Shown: positions 22,701-37,449 of the stretch, piece after piece | How the letters are laid out: each line of letters starts with the position of its first letter | Numbering within the stretch: the first letter of the stretch is position 1 | NCBI RefSeq assembly: GCF_006345805.1 | Contig: NC_043005.1 | Coordinates: 49,166,001-49,230,000, forward strand | DNA from: Octopus sinensis | Taxonomy: Eukaryota | DNA: 64,000 nt | Direction: 5' to 3' | Notes under the pieces: model-generated | Told to the model about the DNA's origin: nothing | What the model saw: the letters and a program-made list of their open reading frames with translations, nothing else | Databases searched by the model: none | Position numbers and translations under genes: made by a program

Positions 22701-25700
22701 CCACATGTAAAAGCACCCGTTTCCGTGCCGTGTAAAAAGCACCAGTGCCAGTGCTATGTAAAAAGCATCCAGCCATGGAAACCATGCCAAAACAGACAAT
22801 TGGAGCCTGGTGCAGCCTCTCCAGTTGGCCAGCTCCTGTCAAACTGTCCAACCTTCACCAGAATGGAAAACAGACATCAGATGATGATGATGATGATGAA
22901 GATGCCTATTTCAAGAAATAATTATGATTAAAAAAAAAATTTTTTTTGTAATGCATTTTGTCATTTTTATAGTTTTCTGAAGAACAAAATATTTAAGAAC
23001 AGAAATTTTTAATACATTTTTTTTTCTAGAATAAATTCCTATTTAATCAGAAAACAAGCTAAATAGAATACACAAATTCTGTATAGAAGTATTTCTATCA
23101 AATTAATATTTCAAAAAATTAAAAGCAAAAACTAAACAATTTCATTAAATTCATGTTACAAATAGGTTCTAAATGAACAAACAAGAATACACACCAGATA
23201 TAAGATTAGGATCTGCATTATCAGTACACAAAAGACAAAGTTTAGCCATGGATAGTAGTGTCTACAATAACAGAAGAGAAAAACATCAGAAATTCATTCT
23301 CATAAACAATAATAATAATAATTGTAGAACTAAAGTGACTGTAAATTCAAGCACACCCATATATATATATATCATAATGTATATAGACTGTCTGTAGGCC
23401 AGTTACAGCAGTACAAGGGGTGCTGAAAAGTTCCTAGTTTTGGGTAAAAGAAAATAGAGGAGGATCAGTTAGTTATGATTTTATTCAACTTAGTCCCCTC
23501 TCAGACTCACAAACTTCAGTTTTTCTTTTCCCTGTAAAAGAGCTCAGAATGTTGGTCCTCCAACTAGGCCTTTTGCAATACTCTTAAAGCCAGAAACTTT
23601 TCAGCACCCCCTTGTATTTGTCCTGAGATAACATCTCTTAATGATTTGGGTGTTAAAAACACAATAACATATAGAGACAAAAAATTCATCTCAGCAGCAG
23701 CCAGTGAAAGCAGTAGATGCATTCTTGTCCTTTATTAGGCCATTTCAATGGCACATGCTAGCATCCAGTCACATCAATAGCCAATTGTATTTTCTCTGAT
23801 AAAGGAAAAAGTGAATAAAATATTCAATGATATTGCAAACAGCTGCCCAACTGAATAAAAATCTAAATCTGCAGTTGAGACAGTATTTAATTTATATATA
23901 TATATATATAGATATCATCATTATCAAGTTAGTATCAAAAGAATTAATAATATTCTCAATAAAGAAAAAGGAATAGGGAGATTTCTTGAACAGTACATTT
24001 AGACTGAGAGATCTGCAAGTTGCTCACAAATTCAACAATACTTCTGATCTCATATTTCTCTTGCTTCAAAGATTTATTCCACAGGAAATCAACAATGGGT
24101 CATATTTATTAAATTAATTCATTCAAAATTCTGTTGTGCCTTCTGAGAAGTGTAGCTGATGTTTAAATACATTTAAACCAGCCCAATTTAAAGAATTTTG
24201 TTTCAAATCTCCTTTATGTAAAACCTATCTGAGCAAACTCTTTTGATGATGATGAGCTGATTGGGAAATATTAGTTCTGCTAATTAGGGGACATAATCAG
24301 TGCTAAAAGAATAAGTAGAGAAATTCAATAATTGGCTACAGTCAAAGCAACAGAATAAATCTGACTTTGAAAAGGATTTTCTTTCATAGGCAACATACAC
24401 AACTATAAATGCAGAAAGTATTACATTGCAAGAGAGTAAGAAAAACAAAGGAAGATAGTTAATCACTTGAACAGAAGAGAGGAGTTTTATAAATCAAGAA
24501 AAATAGTAAAGAATTATACCATGTAAAGTTCATAGACGAAATCTGTGCTAAATACCAAGGAGGTCAACTGACAAGGTCATATACTGTTTCAAAAAGTAGT
24601 TGTGTAATTCTATCAGTGAATTTATCAGAACACGTGTATATTTTATTAATACTACACACATGCACACAAAGCAAAAATATATTATTTGTCCCTCAGTTCT
24701 TAAGTATTTAACAAAAATTAAATTGGTATACTTCTGTAAACAATTGACTTAATGTCTCAATATTATGGCAGCTACAGCGCAAATATAAAGATGGTTGTCT
24801 TTTTAGTGTGTTTAATAAGTAATGCAAAATCTGAAAATTATATGAAACTAGAAACAAAAGTGTAATAAAAGAAGATTTAAAAAAAAAAAGTCATTAACAT
24901 AGATGCATTATTCTAAAACAAATTGTATTACTCTGTTCCAGCTAATTCTAAATAATTATTGGATTGCGAATTATCTTTACATCTTTTACTTGTGTCAGTC
25001 ACTGAACTGCAACCATACAGAGCTATTACCCTGAAGGGACATTTTTTTTGACCTAACAAATCAACCCCCATACATATTTTTAAAACCAGGTACTTATTCT
25101 ATCAGTCTTTTATTGCCAAACCTCTACAGGGATGTAAACTTAGGCGTAGGAGTGGCTGTGTGATAAGTAGCTTGCTTACCAACCACATGGTTCCGGGTTC
25201 AGTCCCACTACGTGGCACCTTGGGCAAGTGTCTTCTGCTATGGCCTTGGGCCGACCAAAGCCTTGTGCCGACCAAAGCCTTGTGAGTGGATTTGGTAGAC
25301 GGAAACAGAAAGAAGCCCATTGTATATATGTATATATATGTGTGTGTGTGTCTATATGTTTGTGTGTCTGTGTTTGTCCCCACCCAACATCGCTTGACAA
25401 CTGATGGTGGTGTGTTTACGTCCCCGTAACCTAGCAGTTCGGCAAAAGAGACCGATAGAATAAGTCCTGGGGCCGATTTGTTCGACTAAAGGCAGTGCTC
25501 CAGCATGGTCACAGTCAAATGACTGAAACAAGTAAAAGAGTAAAAGAGTAAACCAGACACTTCGTCAACACTATTTCTGTCTCTTTCAAGCATCAACTAA
25601 TCACTTACACCCTTTCTTGTAGATCCTACCAAACTATCCAGCCCATGCTAGAACAGAACCTGGACACTAAATAATGATCATGATTAAAAAAAAATATCAG

Positions 25701-27349
25701 CTTAGAAAAATGCATTGATTTACCTTTTTGCGAGCAACAAATTTCTTTTCTTCCATTGCCAGATTAATCAGAGTTTCATAAGCCTGTAATAAAATAATGT
25801 TTGAAATTAAACAGAGTTAAAATGAATTAAACAAGAATTTGCATAAACAAATGAGTCTTAATGATATATCAGTGATAAAAGATGTGAAAGAAGACATGAC
25901 TGGAGACAAACCAACTAAACACGATACACACAAGTAAAAAAAAAACAAAAAAAACACCCTTAGTAACTTTGAGTGTTCAAACCTCACAATTGTAAGGGTA
26001 TTGTATCCATGTACAAAGTATATGGGAGGAAAAGTTTCCGGTTGTAAAAATATTGCTCAAACCATACATTCTCCGACTGAATTTTGGTCAGAGTCACAAA
26101 ATGGCATTTGCTTTGAAATGTCTAATTTATACATATATTCACCTGATGAAAACAACTTGATATAATAATTTTATTCATCAATAAAAAAAAACATGTCTGA
26201 AACAGCTGTAGTGAGTGTGCCACAATCCATCCTTTGTTATTAGTATGTGTGTGTTGTATCAGATACTGGTGTCATGCAACTGGCACCAGTGTCTATGGCA
26301 CATAAAAGTACCCATTACCCTCTCAGAGTGGTTGGCATTAAGAAGGGCATCTAGTTGTAGAAATCATGCCAAATCAGACTGGAGTCTGGTGCAGCCCCTC
26401 AGCTTACCAGCCCTGGTCAAACCCATGCCAGCAAGGACATTAAATGATGATGCTGATACACACACACACACACACGACAAGCTTCTTTCAGTTTCTGTCA
26501 ACCAAATTCACTCTGCTCAAAGCTACAACAGAAGATACTTGCCCAAGTTCCACATAGTGAGATTGAAGGCAGAATCATGTAGCTGGGAAGCAAACTTCTC
26601 ACCACATAGCCACACTTGCACACCATCATCATCATCATTTAACGTCCGCTTTCCATGCCAGCATGGGTTGGACGATTTGACTGAGGACTGGCAAACCAGA
26701 TGGCTGCACCAGGCTCCAATCTGATGCCCTTCCTAATGCCAACCACTCCAAGAGTGTAGTGGGTACTTTTATGTGCCACTGGCACGAGAGCCAGTCAGGC
26801 AGTACTGGCAATGGCCATGCTCAAGTGGTGTTTTTTATGTGCCACCAGCACAGGAGCCAGTCCAGCAGCACTGGCAACGACCTCACTCAAATGTTTTTCA
26901 TTCAAGCAAGGTCGTTGCCAGTGCCGCTGGACTGCCTATGTGCTGGTCACACGTATGTATATTTTAGCCAAAGTGGTGAGAGAGATAAAATGGACAACAA
27001 GCATCACATAATTTTTCAAGAGGTAAATAAAACAACTGAACTTACAGAAAAATAATCCTGTGTTTCTATATCCATAAGCCAGCTGATAGATTTACATTTG
27101 CTCAAAACAAGACTTAGTTCGACTGTCATAGGCATTGTCAATAACTTCCCTCTTTTACCTGGAAACACATTTTGTGAAAAATGATTAGTCACACATTTAA
27201 AAATTGAATTTACATTGCTTATTTTCAAACCATTAAACAAACAAATATATTTAAAATAGTTGTGTGGCACCTTGGGTAACTGTCTTCTACTATAGCTTCG
27301 GACAGACCAAAGCCTTGAGTGGATTTAGTAGATGGAAACTGAAAGAAGC

Positions 27350-27382
<33 letters not shown>

Positions 27383-28033
27383 TTTGTTTGTCTACCACCA
27401 CTGCTTGATAACCAGTGCTACAGTCCGAAACTATAGTAGAAGACAGTTGCTTGGGTAAATGTCTTCTACTATAGCTTTGAATCGACCAAAGGCTTGTGAG
27501 TGGATTTAGATGGAAACTGAAAGAAGCCTGTTGTGTGCGTGTTTGTCCATCACCACTGCTTGATACTGGTGTGTTTATATCTCTGTAACTTATAGGTTCA
27601 GTAAAAGAGAGATAAAATAAGTACCAAGGTTAAAAAGAAAAACAGTACAGGGGTTAATTCATTCAACTAAAAATTCGAGGTGGTGCCCCAGCATGGCAAC
27701 AGTCAAATGAGTGAAACAACTAAAAGATAAAAGAAAAATACTGGATAGAAGAGGAATCAGATGTAGTGTACAAAAACGAAGATTGTGCTGAAAAGAGCAT
27801 ATGGTAGCTACTCAAATTGATAGAACCAAATGTACATGTTTTAATGGCAATATATTTACATGTGCTAAGAAGCTAGCTTCCCAACCATATGGTTCCAGGT
27901 TCAGTCACACTGTGTTGCACCTTGGGTAAGTGTCTTCTACTATAGCCTCAGGCTGACCAAAGCCTTGTGAGTGGATTTGGTAGACGGAAACTGAAGGAAG
28001 CCTGTCGTATATATGCGTGTGTGTGTGTGTGTG

Positions 28034-28092
<59 letters not shown>

Positions 28093-28296
28093 TAATCCAA
28101 ACGGGAAAACAGAAAAAACAACAACACGTGGAACAATTACAGTATTATTATTATTAGGCGCTCAGGAAAATGGAAGAAGGAAGGTATGACGTTTCGAGCG
28201 GAGCTCTTCGTCGGAAACATAAGAGAAGGAAGAAAGATCCCGATGTGGGCGAAAGAGGGAAAAAAAACGCGACTGGTGTTTACAAGTTACACACAC

Positions 28297-28334
<38 letters not shown>

Positions 28335-31300
28335 CCTCGCCATCGCTTGACAACCAATGCTGTTGTATTTATGTCTCTGTAACTTAGCAATTTCGCAAAA
28401 GAAACCAATAGAATAATTACTAGGCTTACAAAAAATAAGACCTGGGCATGATTTCTTCAAACATAACCCTTTAAGGCAGTGCATATATATTTAATGGGCT
28501 TTTTCAGTTTCCATCTACTAAATCCACTCAAGACTTTGGCCAGCACAGAGCTGTAGTAAAAGACATTTGGATTTGCCCAAAGTGCCACACAGTGAGACTT
28601 GAGCCCAGAACAACGTGGTTTGAAAACAAAGTGAGAGGGCTATGTCAACTTCAAAGTCTGCTTTGGTATGGCTTTTACAGCTGGATGCCCTTCCTAATGG
28701 CACCCACTTCACAGAGTGTACTGGGTGCTTTCTTTCATAGCACCAGCAGTGGTGAGGTCACCAGGTTCTCACAAGACAACCCCAACCCTCCCAACAACTA
28801 AATTGGGTTTATACTATTGAGGGATATGAAAGTAAGTGAGAATAAATTGATAGACAAAAACTGTGCAGAAGACTTGTGTGTGCATGTCTGTGTATGCATG
28901 TCTGTGTATGCATGAATAACACACACATATATATATATATATATATATTTCTTTTAAATAATAAAAAAAATATTCAATATCAGGACAAATCTATCACTCA
29001 AAACTTAAGCATTTAAGAGTGATGATAAGTAATTAAGTATTTTAGATGTTGTAAATCATCAATAAACTTACCCATATTTAAATAGTAATTATACATGCTT
29101 TCACGGAAACCCTGAAATAATAAAAGAAAAATATAAATAACAACAATGTTTAAGCTATAAATGATATTTTAACAAGATTCTAAATGTTTAAATAAATTTT
29201 TTTAAAAGAACCTTTATGAAAAAATAATAATTTCTCCAAAATAAAACGTTGCAAATGAATATCATTTTAACTGTTCATTTTATTCAAAAAATTTTTTCCA
29301 CATTTTCACTAAATGGCTAACACCTTTTAGCCAGTACAAAAAAAGTATTAAAATGGAGATCTGCCATGGCATGGTGTTTAGTAAGTGTTCAAACCAGCCA
29401 AATCCGGCTGTATCCAACTGCTCTACGAAATCGCTAAAAAAATAAATAAATCACATTACTGAATTCTTGTAGCTTTGAGATAAAGTGAGATGAAGCCTTT
29501 CACGCCTTTATTCAAGTATAAATACGTTTTTTTCAACGTTTGAAGAGAAGTCTGTACCTTAGTTTTTAATGAAATGGCATCAGCAAGGAGTGATTCCGAC
29601 TTTTAAGGTTTTACTCTTGACGATATAGAAAATATAAATGAAACAAGAGTATTTTGTCTTCGGACGAATCTGATATCAATATTAGTGAATATTCATTGCA
29701 CAAGGAAGATTTTGAGAACGAAAGTGATAAAAATGATATCGTAAACATGGTCAAAGATAACAACACCAATCACTATTCCTGATTTCACGGAAAACACTGG
29801 TCCACAACACACTTTACCTCATGATGTTCAACCATTGGACTACGAGGGGCGTTCAATAAGTAATGCCCCTGACCCACTTCCCATAGTAGTAGAGCAACAA
29901 AACTCGGCACAGGTATTAGTCTTTTTCTACATAGGAACCACCCAGAGTTACGCATTTCTCCCATCGTTTGATGCAGCTCTGGATACCGTTTTTGTAGAAG
30001 ACCCCAGCTTGGTCCTCCAACCACGACGTGACTTCAGAAATCAAGGCTGCATCATCTGGTAAACGCTTTCCTTTCAAAAACAACTTCATGGGTGGGAAGA
30101 GGTGAAAATCAGAGGGTGCAAGATCAGGAGAGTAGGGGGATGGGGGAGAAGTTCATAGCCGCATTCCTGTGCTTTTGATCTGGCGACACGCGAGTTGTGG
30201 ACCGGAGCGTTGTCCTGCAGGAGGAGGATGCCTTTGCTGATCTTGCCCCGCCTCTTGATTTTGATAGCTTCTCTTAATTTCCTCAAAAGTGAAGCATAAT
30301 AGGCTCCTGTAATTGTGGTACCCTTTGCCAGAAAATCTGTCATCACTACTCCGTCCTGGTCCCAGAAGACTGTGAGCGTGACCTTGCCAGCGGAGGGCTG
30401 AACCCTTGCCTTCTTTGGAGGAGGCGAGTCACAGCACTTCCATTGCATTGACTGGGCTTTGGTCTCTGGATCATAGTGATGGACCCAGGTTTCATCCTGT
30501 GTAACCAGTCTTTTGAAATATTTTGACTCATCTTCTTGGCACATCTCCAAATTTATCCTCGAGCATTCGACGCATTCTTGCTTCTGGAAAGGTGTGAGCA
30601 ACCTGGGAATCCATCTGGCAGACACCTTTTGCATATGTAAATGGTCATGAATGATAGTTTCCACAGACCCGGTACTAATCTTGACTTCATGGGCTATTTG
30701 GCGAATAGTTATGCGTCAATCTTCCAAAATGGCAGCCTCAACTTGACGGACAAATGCTTCATCAATGGCAGAAGGGGGGCGACCAGATCTGGGAGCTGTT
30801 TCCACAGAGTTCCGACCAAGTTTGAATTCACGATGCCAGCGTTTTACAAGGTCATATGATGGGGCATCATCACCATAAGTTACTTTCATTTCATCAAAAG
30901 TTTCCCATGGTGTGCGTCCTTTCAAATACAAAAACCGGATCACTGCTCGACACTCAACAGGCTCCATTTCACACCTGACTCAGTTCAAACACCTGTAATA
31001 TCTCAGTATTTATATTTAACTGATTCTGCTAATGCCCCCGGCAAAAACAACCCAAACTACGATCCCCTGTACAAAGTATGTCCTGGAATTGATTTACTCC
31101 TTAATAGTTATAAAACTGAGTATCTACCTGGGAAAAATCTCAGTGTAGATGAAGCCATGATAGGCTATAAGGGCAGAGTACATTTTCAGCAGTACATGCC
31201 TGCCAAACACACTAAATGGGGGACCAAGGTATGGGAAGTTTGTGAATCAGACACTGAATATAGTGATTATTTAATTTTAGAATGCCAGTGTAGGGCAGGT

Positions 31301-34300
31301 GTGACAGGCAGGAATTGGCCAGTTTTAACATTAAACAGGTAGAATATTTGCACCAGGTATGGATAGTTTCAGCATTCAGCTTGTTCTGTCAAATATGTTT
31401 ATCCATTCACATTGTTTTGAATTAATCATGAATTAATCATACATTATCTCATAGCCTTGAGATTTCTGCAACATGACTGTTTATTTTTATGACATTGTAA
31501 GGCAGGTGTGAGAGGCCGGATCAGGCCAGTTTGAACATAAAATAGGTAAAATATTTGGGCCAGATATGGCCAGTTTAAATGCTAAAAGGTTACATACTAA
31601 AGGGTTAAGTCCGAATCAACACAAATTTTACAATAAATCTGACACTACTCACAGTACTGAGTCATAATTGAGGACCAAGCAAATTGAAGAATAACAACAG
31701 ACTCATTTATGAAACCTTAGAAAGTTAGATCCAATGGAAGTGATGACAAAGGATTGGGACAGATGGGAAAATGTATAGAAAAAGAGAAGCTACGTCTAAT
31801 GACGATTACAGCAATAGCGTGTGCATCTAAGAGCAAGTGCAATACAGCAGACTAGTATAGCAGATATTTGATAAATACCTTCAAGTGATTATCAGTAAGC
31901 AAAACATCCAGCTGGAAAGCAGTCCAACAACTCATCTGCTCTGGCAGTATAGTCTTCAGACCCTTCCTTCCATAGGATTCTATCAGAAGCAACCGTCATT
32001 AGACTTTCTGGATGGATTCTCAAGTGTGACCAACTGAGGTTATGTATATTATCCAATCATTTCATTCTTGGTCTACCCCTAGATCTCCTACCAAGTGGCT
32101 CAGCCTGAAGAGTCTGCCTAGTGATTAGAATGTTGAATGTTGCAGGAAAGAATCTCATGTCAGCTGTACCAGAGCCATGACCTTCCAAGGTGGAGAAGAA
32201 TCCCTGATCCCCAAGCTACACACCCTGTCAAATAACTTTATTCCAGTAATATTCAAATGTTAATATTTGTAATAGTTATTATCCCATCCACGAGAGTATG
32301 ATAAAAATAGTATAAAATTAAGAAAGAAGAAAAAAAGGAACCTACTTTATGTACAAAAAGCATACAATATTTTTCAAGTCTTTCAGTATCATCTGTAATG
32401 TCGCAGACTTTAGCCAAAGTATTGAAGTCATAATATTTTTCAGCCAGAGATGCAGCTTTTGCATATTCTTGGTGATTCACTAAAATGTGGAACAGGAGAG
32501 ATATGAAATTACCAAAAAAAAAAAAAATTTTTTTTAATTCTGAAATAAGCAATAAAGCAGATGAGTTTTGATAAGTGAGAATATTAAGAGAAAAAGACAG
32601 AGGTGGGAAGGAGTAGAGATTTGTCAAACAACTGAAGATAGAGGGCAAAGGGAACTAGTTTTGTAAACCTGTCCAAACTATGTAAGCATGGAAAGGCATT
32701 ATCATTATCACCATCATCATCATTTAAAAAGCAATGCAGCTGATGAAAAAAAAAAGCCTCATGACAGCAAGGAAGAATGGACAGCAGCCAGCCCAAAGGT
32801 TGGGGTGGGCTGCACCTGCCCACCTCAGTTGCTATAGCATTGAGGTAGATCCAGCCACCCTCATTAATGGGGACAAAACCTGGATGATGATGATGATATC
32901 AGTTCCCCACGGAGAAATTGTCTTAGAAGATCTACTTATGGTCATTTACATGTTTGGTTGTGGAGCATTTAGAACTATTTTTAGATACCGTTTCATTTCT
33001 AATTCCAATTCTTAACAATGGCTAACAGTACCAACTACTTTGGTAAAATATAGTCACTAAGCTAATTTTTAAAGAGGAATGGTGTCACTTAAAGAGAGAA
33101 TTATTCTAGATAGTTATTTTATTGACCATCCAGGAATAATGGGCACTAGAGTCAATCTCCAACATGAAACGAACTACAACTCAAATAATTTAGAGTACAG
33201 GCATTTCTGCAAAAATAGAACAGCTATTCAGTCTTAAACCTACTTGAAATAGAACCAAACTTCCCTCAAATTATACCCTACTGCCCTAAAAAAAAAATTG
33301 TCAATGTACTTTCTAGGTAATATATTCCTAAAGAAAAGAAATTCAAAAAAATAACAGGGCAGTCGGAACTGGAAAGCATTTGATCACATTCAATGAAAGC
33401 CAACCTGGGACAAAACAACAACCAACTCAATTACTTAGCATATTAATGGAAGCAGCAATATTGATTTCAAATTTTGGACAAAGGCCAGTAATTTTGGGGG
33501 AGGAGATAAATTGATTACACTGACTCCAGTACTCAACTGGTACTTGTTTTATCAACCCCGTAAGGGAAAGGCAAAGTCGGCATCAGCAGAATTTGAACTC
33601 AGAACGTAAGGACAGATGAAATGCTGCTAAGCATTTTACCTGGCATGCTAATGATTCTACCATCTCACCGCCTTAATGCAAGCAGTAATATTCATATTAA
33701 TGATGATGATGGGAGCAATGGTAAGAAGTTAATATAAAAAAACTAAAAATACTTACTAAGCATAGATGTAAGAAGAGCTCGGTCTTCTTCATACATTTTA
33801 CATAGTTGAGTATAACGCGAGCTTGTCTTGTCATACTTTTCTAGAGATATTAGTTGAGAAGTATAGCCATCGAGAAGAATATCTGCCAAATCAGTCAACT
33901 GATTAAAAAGAGTGGTCTGATAATGATGGTCTTGAGCATTAACAATACCTTGTTCCATAGTCATTGAACACTGACGGAAGAAAGACATTAAATCAATATT
34001 AGGTAAGTGTTGATTTTTGACACTGGTACCAACACCACAAAATAGTCAATTATTGATTAGAAAAAAAATTTAGAAAAGGTAGTAGAGAAAGTTATAATAA
34101 AATTTACAATAATTTTTAAAGGTCTAAAAAGATTTTTAAGATATGCATTTATTCTTTTACATAAATGGGATGCCTCGCTTATGCTGTACGCAAGAAGACT
34201 TGTCTGCCATAGCAGAATTGATACTGGTGCTGATCCCACATAAAAAGCACCCAGTATATTCTGTGAAGTGGTTGGCATTAGGAAGGACATCCAGCCATAG

Positions 34301-37300
34301 AAACCACGCCAGAACATAGAATGGAGCCTGGTGCAGCCCCTGGCCTTACCAACTCTGGTTAAACTGTCCAAGCCATGCCAGCATGGAAAATAGTGGTTAA
34401 ATGATGATGATAAATGGATAGAAAGGTATTCTGAAAATGGTTAAGATGATATGGCATTAAATAACTAGTTAGACTCACAAAATATTCTTTAGTGAGTTCA
34501 AGACACAAAATATTGTGGACCAGAACCGCTAGAGTTAATACCAGATGTTTAAAACTTGATATTATTTAACCCTTTATCAAATACAATGCTTACTACTTAT
34601 TCACATTGTTTTGAATGGGTAATGCATTATCTTGCAGCTTTGAGATTTTATGATATGATTTGGAAGGTAAGAGGGGCTGAATCTGGTTAGATGAAACAAA
34701 AAACAGGCAAGATATATTTGGGCCAGATTTAGCCACTTTAAATTGCTAAAGTTTGATACCAAGGTTCATCATATTGTAAATGAAGAAACCCATGTTTTTT
34801 CCATATCCTAAAAGAATTCAAAATAAAAATGATTCTCCAGGCTTCACCATCAAACAAACATACAGTTCCAGTTAGGGGAGCAAAGGTTCTGCAACAAAAT
34901 AATAGGCCTGCTGCTACCACTGCAGACCCAAGCCTCTTAAGAAGCATTGCCTCTAATTAGGATTCATAAGGTCTTTTTAATAATTTTTTTTTAATGCCCA
35001 AACCATAAAAATATTACAAGAGGGAACAATAATGAAATAGCATCATTCCAAAAAGAAAAATTAACCCAGTTTCCAGATAAGATTTCTCATAGAAAAGTTA
35101 CAATATCCAATTCGTTTTATCTGAAGTAATTTTTAAAAGCTTCAATAATTTCAGAGAAAATTATTTTATAAATTACAATGTACCAATATTACAAGATAAA
35201 GCAATAAAAAAAGAAAATCAAGTATCTGACTAAAGGTATTACCTGCTTTTTAAGCAAAGCCCTCATTCCTTGCCTGTTCACAGAACATGTCCATGGGATA
35301 TACTCTGTCTCAATGATAATATCAACAAAACGTCTGTAATAGTCTTGCTTATTTGAACGATACCGTAAGGTTTGTTGTAGTACATACTGTGAAGGAAACA
35401 AATGAAGGATCAAAAAACAAAAATAGCTTGTTGACAATTCCTATAAAAGATTTCTAAAGTCAGGGGGAGAGAGGATCAACAAAAGAAGTACTCCATCCAG
35501 CAAGAGATAAATATTTAACCCTTTAGTATTCAGATTATTCTGTCAAATGTAATGTTTCTTTATTTATATTGTTTTGAATTAATCATGCATTATCTTGTAA
35601 TTCAGAGATTTTGATGAAGTGATTCTTCATTCTTATGTAATGTATTATTCTTGTTACATAATTTATCATTTTCTACCATCAAATCATTTTCTTTTTACCA
35701 AATACAATTTCAACAAAAGAAACAAAACATAAAATACCTGTTTTTATAGCTGACTTACCAATATTAGGTCATTTATAGTGATCACAAGATTCACTATGTG
35801 TTTAGGGTCCATATCTGCTGTTAAATGATCATGTTCATATTCCAAGCACTCATTAAAGATATCATGAACAGAAGAAACCTGGTAGGATGCAAGAATGTAA
35901 ACCAATATTATATTTTAGTAATACACAAGAGTTAGAAAAAATAAAATAACTCAATACCAAGTTATATACAGTTTCATAAAATATAATATAGTCACCATCT
36001 CATCATTCTAACATTCACTTATCCATCCTTGCATGAGTCAGACAGAGTTTACTGAGGCACCTTTTCTACAAACAGGTGACCTACCTGTCCTGCTTCCAAG
36101 TAAGGTAATATTTCCTCATAGCTGGACAGATTTTCACAGATGTTTTGAAATTGATTCAGCTGGTAAGACAGTGATATTCATCTACAACAATTACATAATG
36201 TCAAGACGAAGAGACACCAACACACACACATTATATATATATATTTATATATATATATATAAACATTATTAACCACACATACTCAATGTACAAGCTGGTC
36301 TTGTTCGCCAGTAGGCTGCAATTTAGTGCAGCGAAGATGACTCTCTCAAAGTACCAGGTGCTAAAATGCCTGAAAGGCATAGGCACATGAGATAGCTCAC
36401 CCCAAGTCCCATTCAGGAAGGATGTACATCATTGTTTTGCCATTTTTGTGGCTTATTAACATCACATATGTGAACCAAACCAGAGCCAAACCGAATTACC
36501 AGTCTACGAATGTAGACTAGTAATGTAAAAACCATTTGCTGGTATGCCACAACAATGCATACATAAGAATACCTTGAGTGTGTGTGGTCAATAATATTTA
36601 TAACACTAGCACTGTTTCTAATTCATATTTGAATATATATATATATATATATACACACACAAAATGGGTTTGGTTTCTAGCTAACAAGTCCACTAACAGG
36701 GATTTGGTCAGCCCAGGGCTATAGTAGAAGACACTTGCCTGAGGTGCCACAAGGTAACAAAAATTGTTTCCACGCCTTCCTTTTTTCACACTGTCTCAAA
36801 ATCAACTTCAACTTTTTTCTGAACCTCTTCATAATTTTCAACTTCAAAAACATCTGAGCCATAGCAAACTAAATTACAGTTATTTCAGTCACCCTTTTTC
36901 TTTCAAAAAGAATCAGTCTGTCCAAGATATGGTCACATCACATTCATAAACATCTCTGACAAAATAATTCTTCACAATTTTTAAAATAAAAGTAAAATGG
37001 TATTTTGTATTTTACCTCGCGATAGAATAAATCAAAATGGGTGAGGTTAATTGAATGATGTGTTTCGCCTTTTCGGTCAATCACTCGTTTGATTAATGTA
37101 GCAAGTAAAGATCTTTAAGGAAAGAGAAAAAAAAAAAAATTCAGAAATGCATCATCATCATCGTCATTTAACATCCCCTTTTCCATGTTTGCATGTGTCA
37201 GATGGAATTTGTTGAGGCTGGATGCCTTTCATGTTCCAAACCCTCTCCTGTTTCAAAGCAAGATAATATCTCCCCATGGACATACTTACATGGAAGATTG

Positions 37301-37390
37301 GAAACAAACAACACTGCTTGTATGACAGTGATACTTCTTTACAACCACCTCATGATGTCAAGACAAGTGTACATACATATATATCTATAT

Positions 37391-37449
<59 letters not shown>

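Noticed and set aside
31879-31911. 33-nt AG/GT-bounded candidate exon ([11 protein letters not shown])
   Set aside because: No similarity to Nup133; exon 24 joins exon 25 collinearly without it
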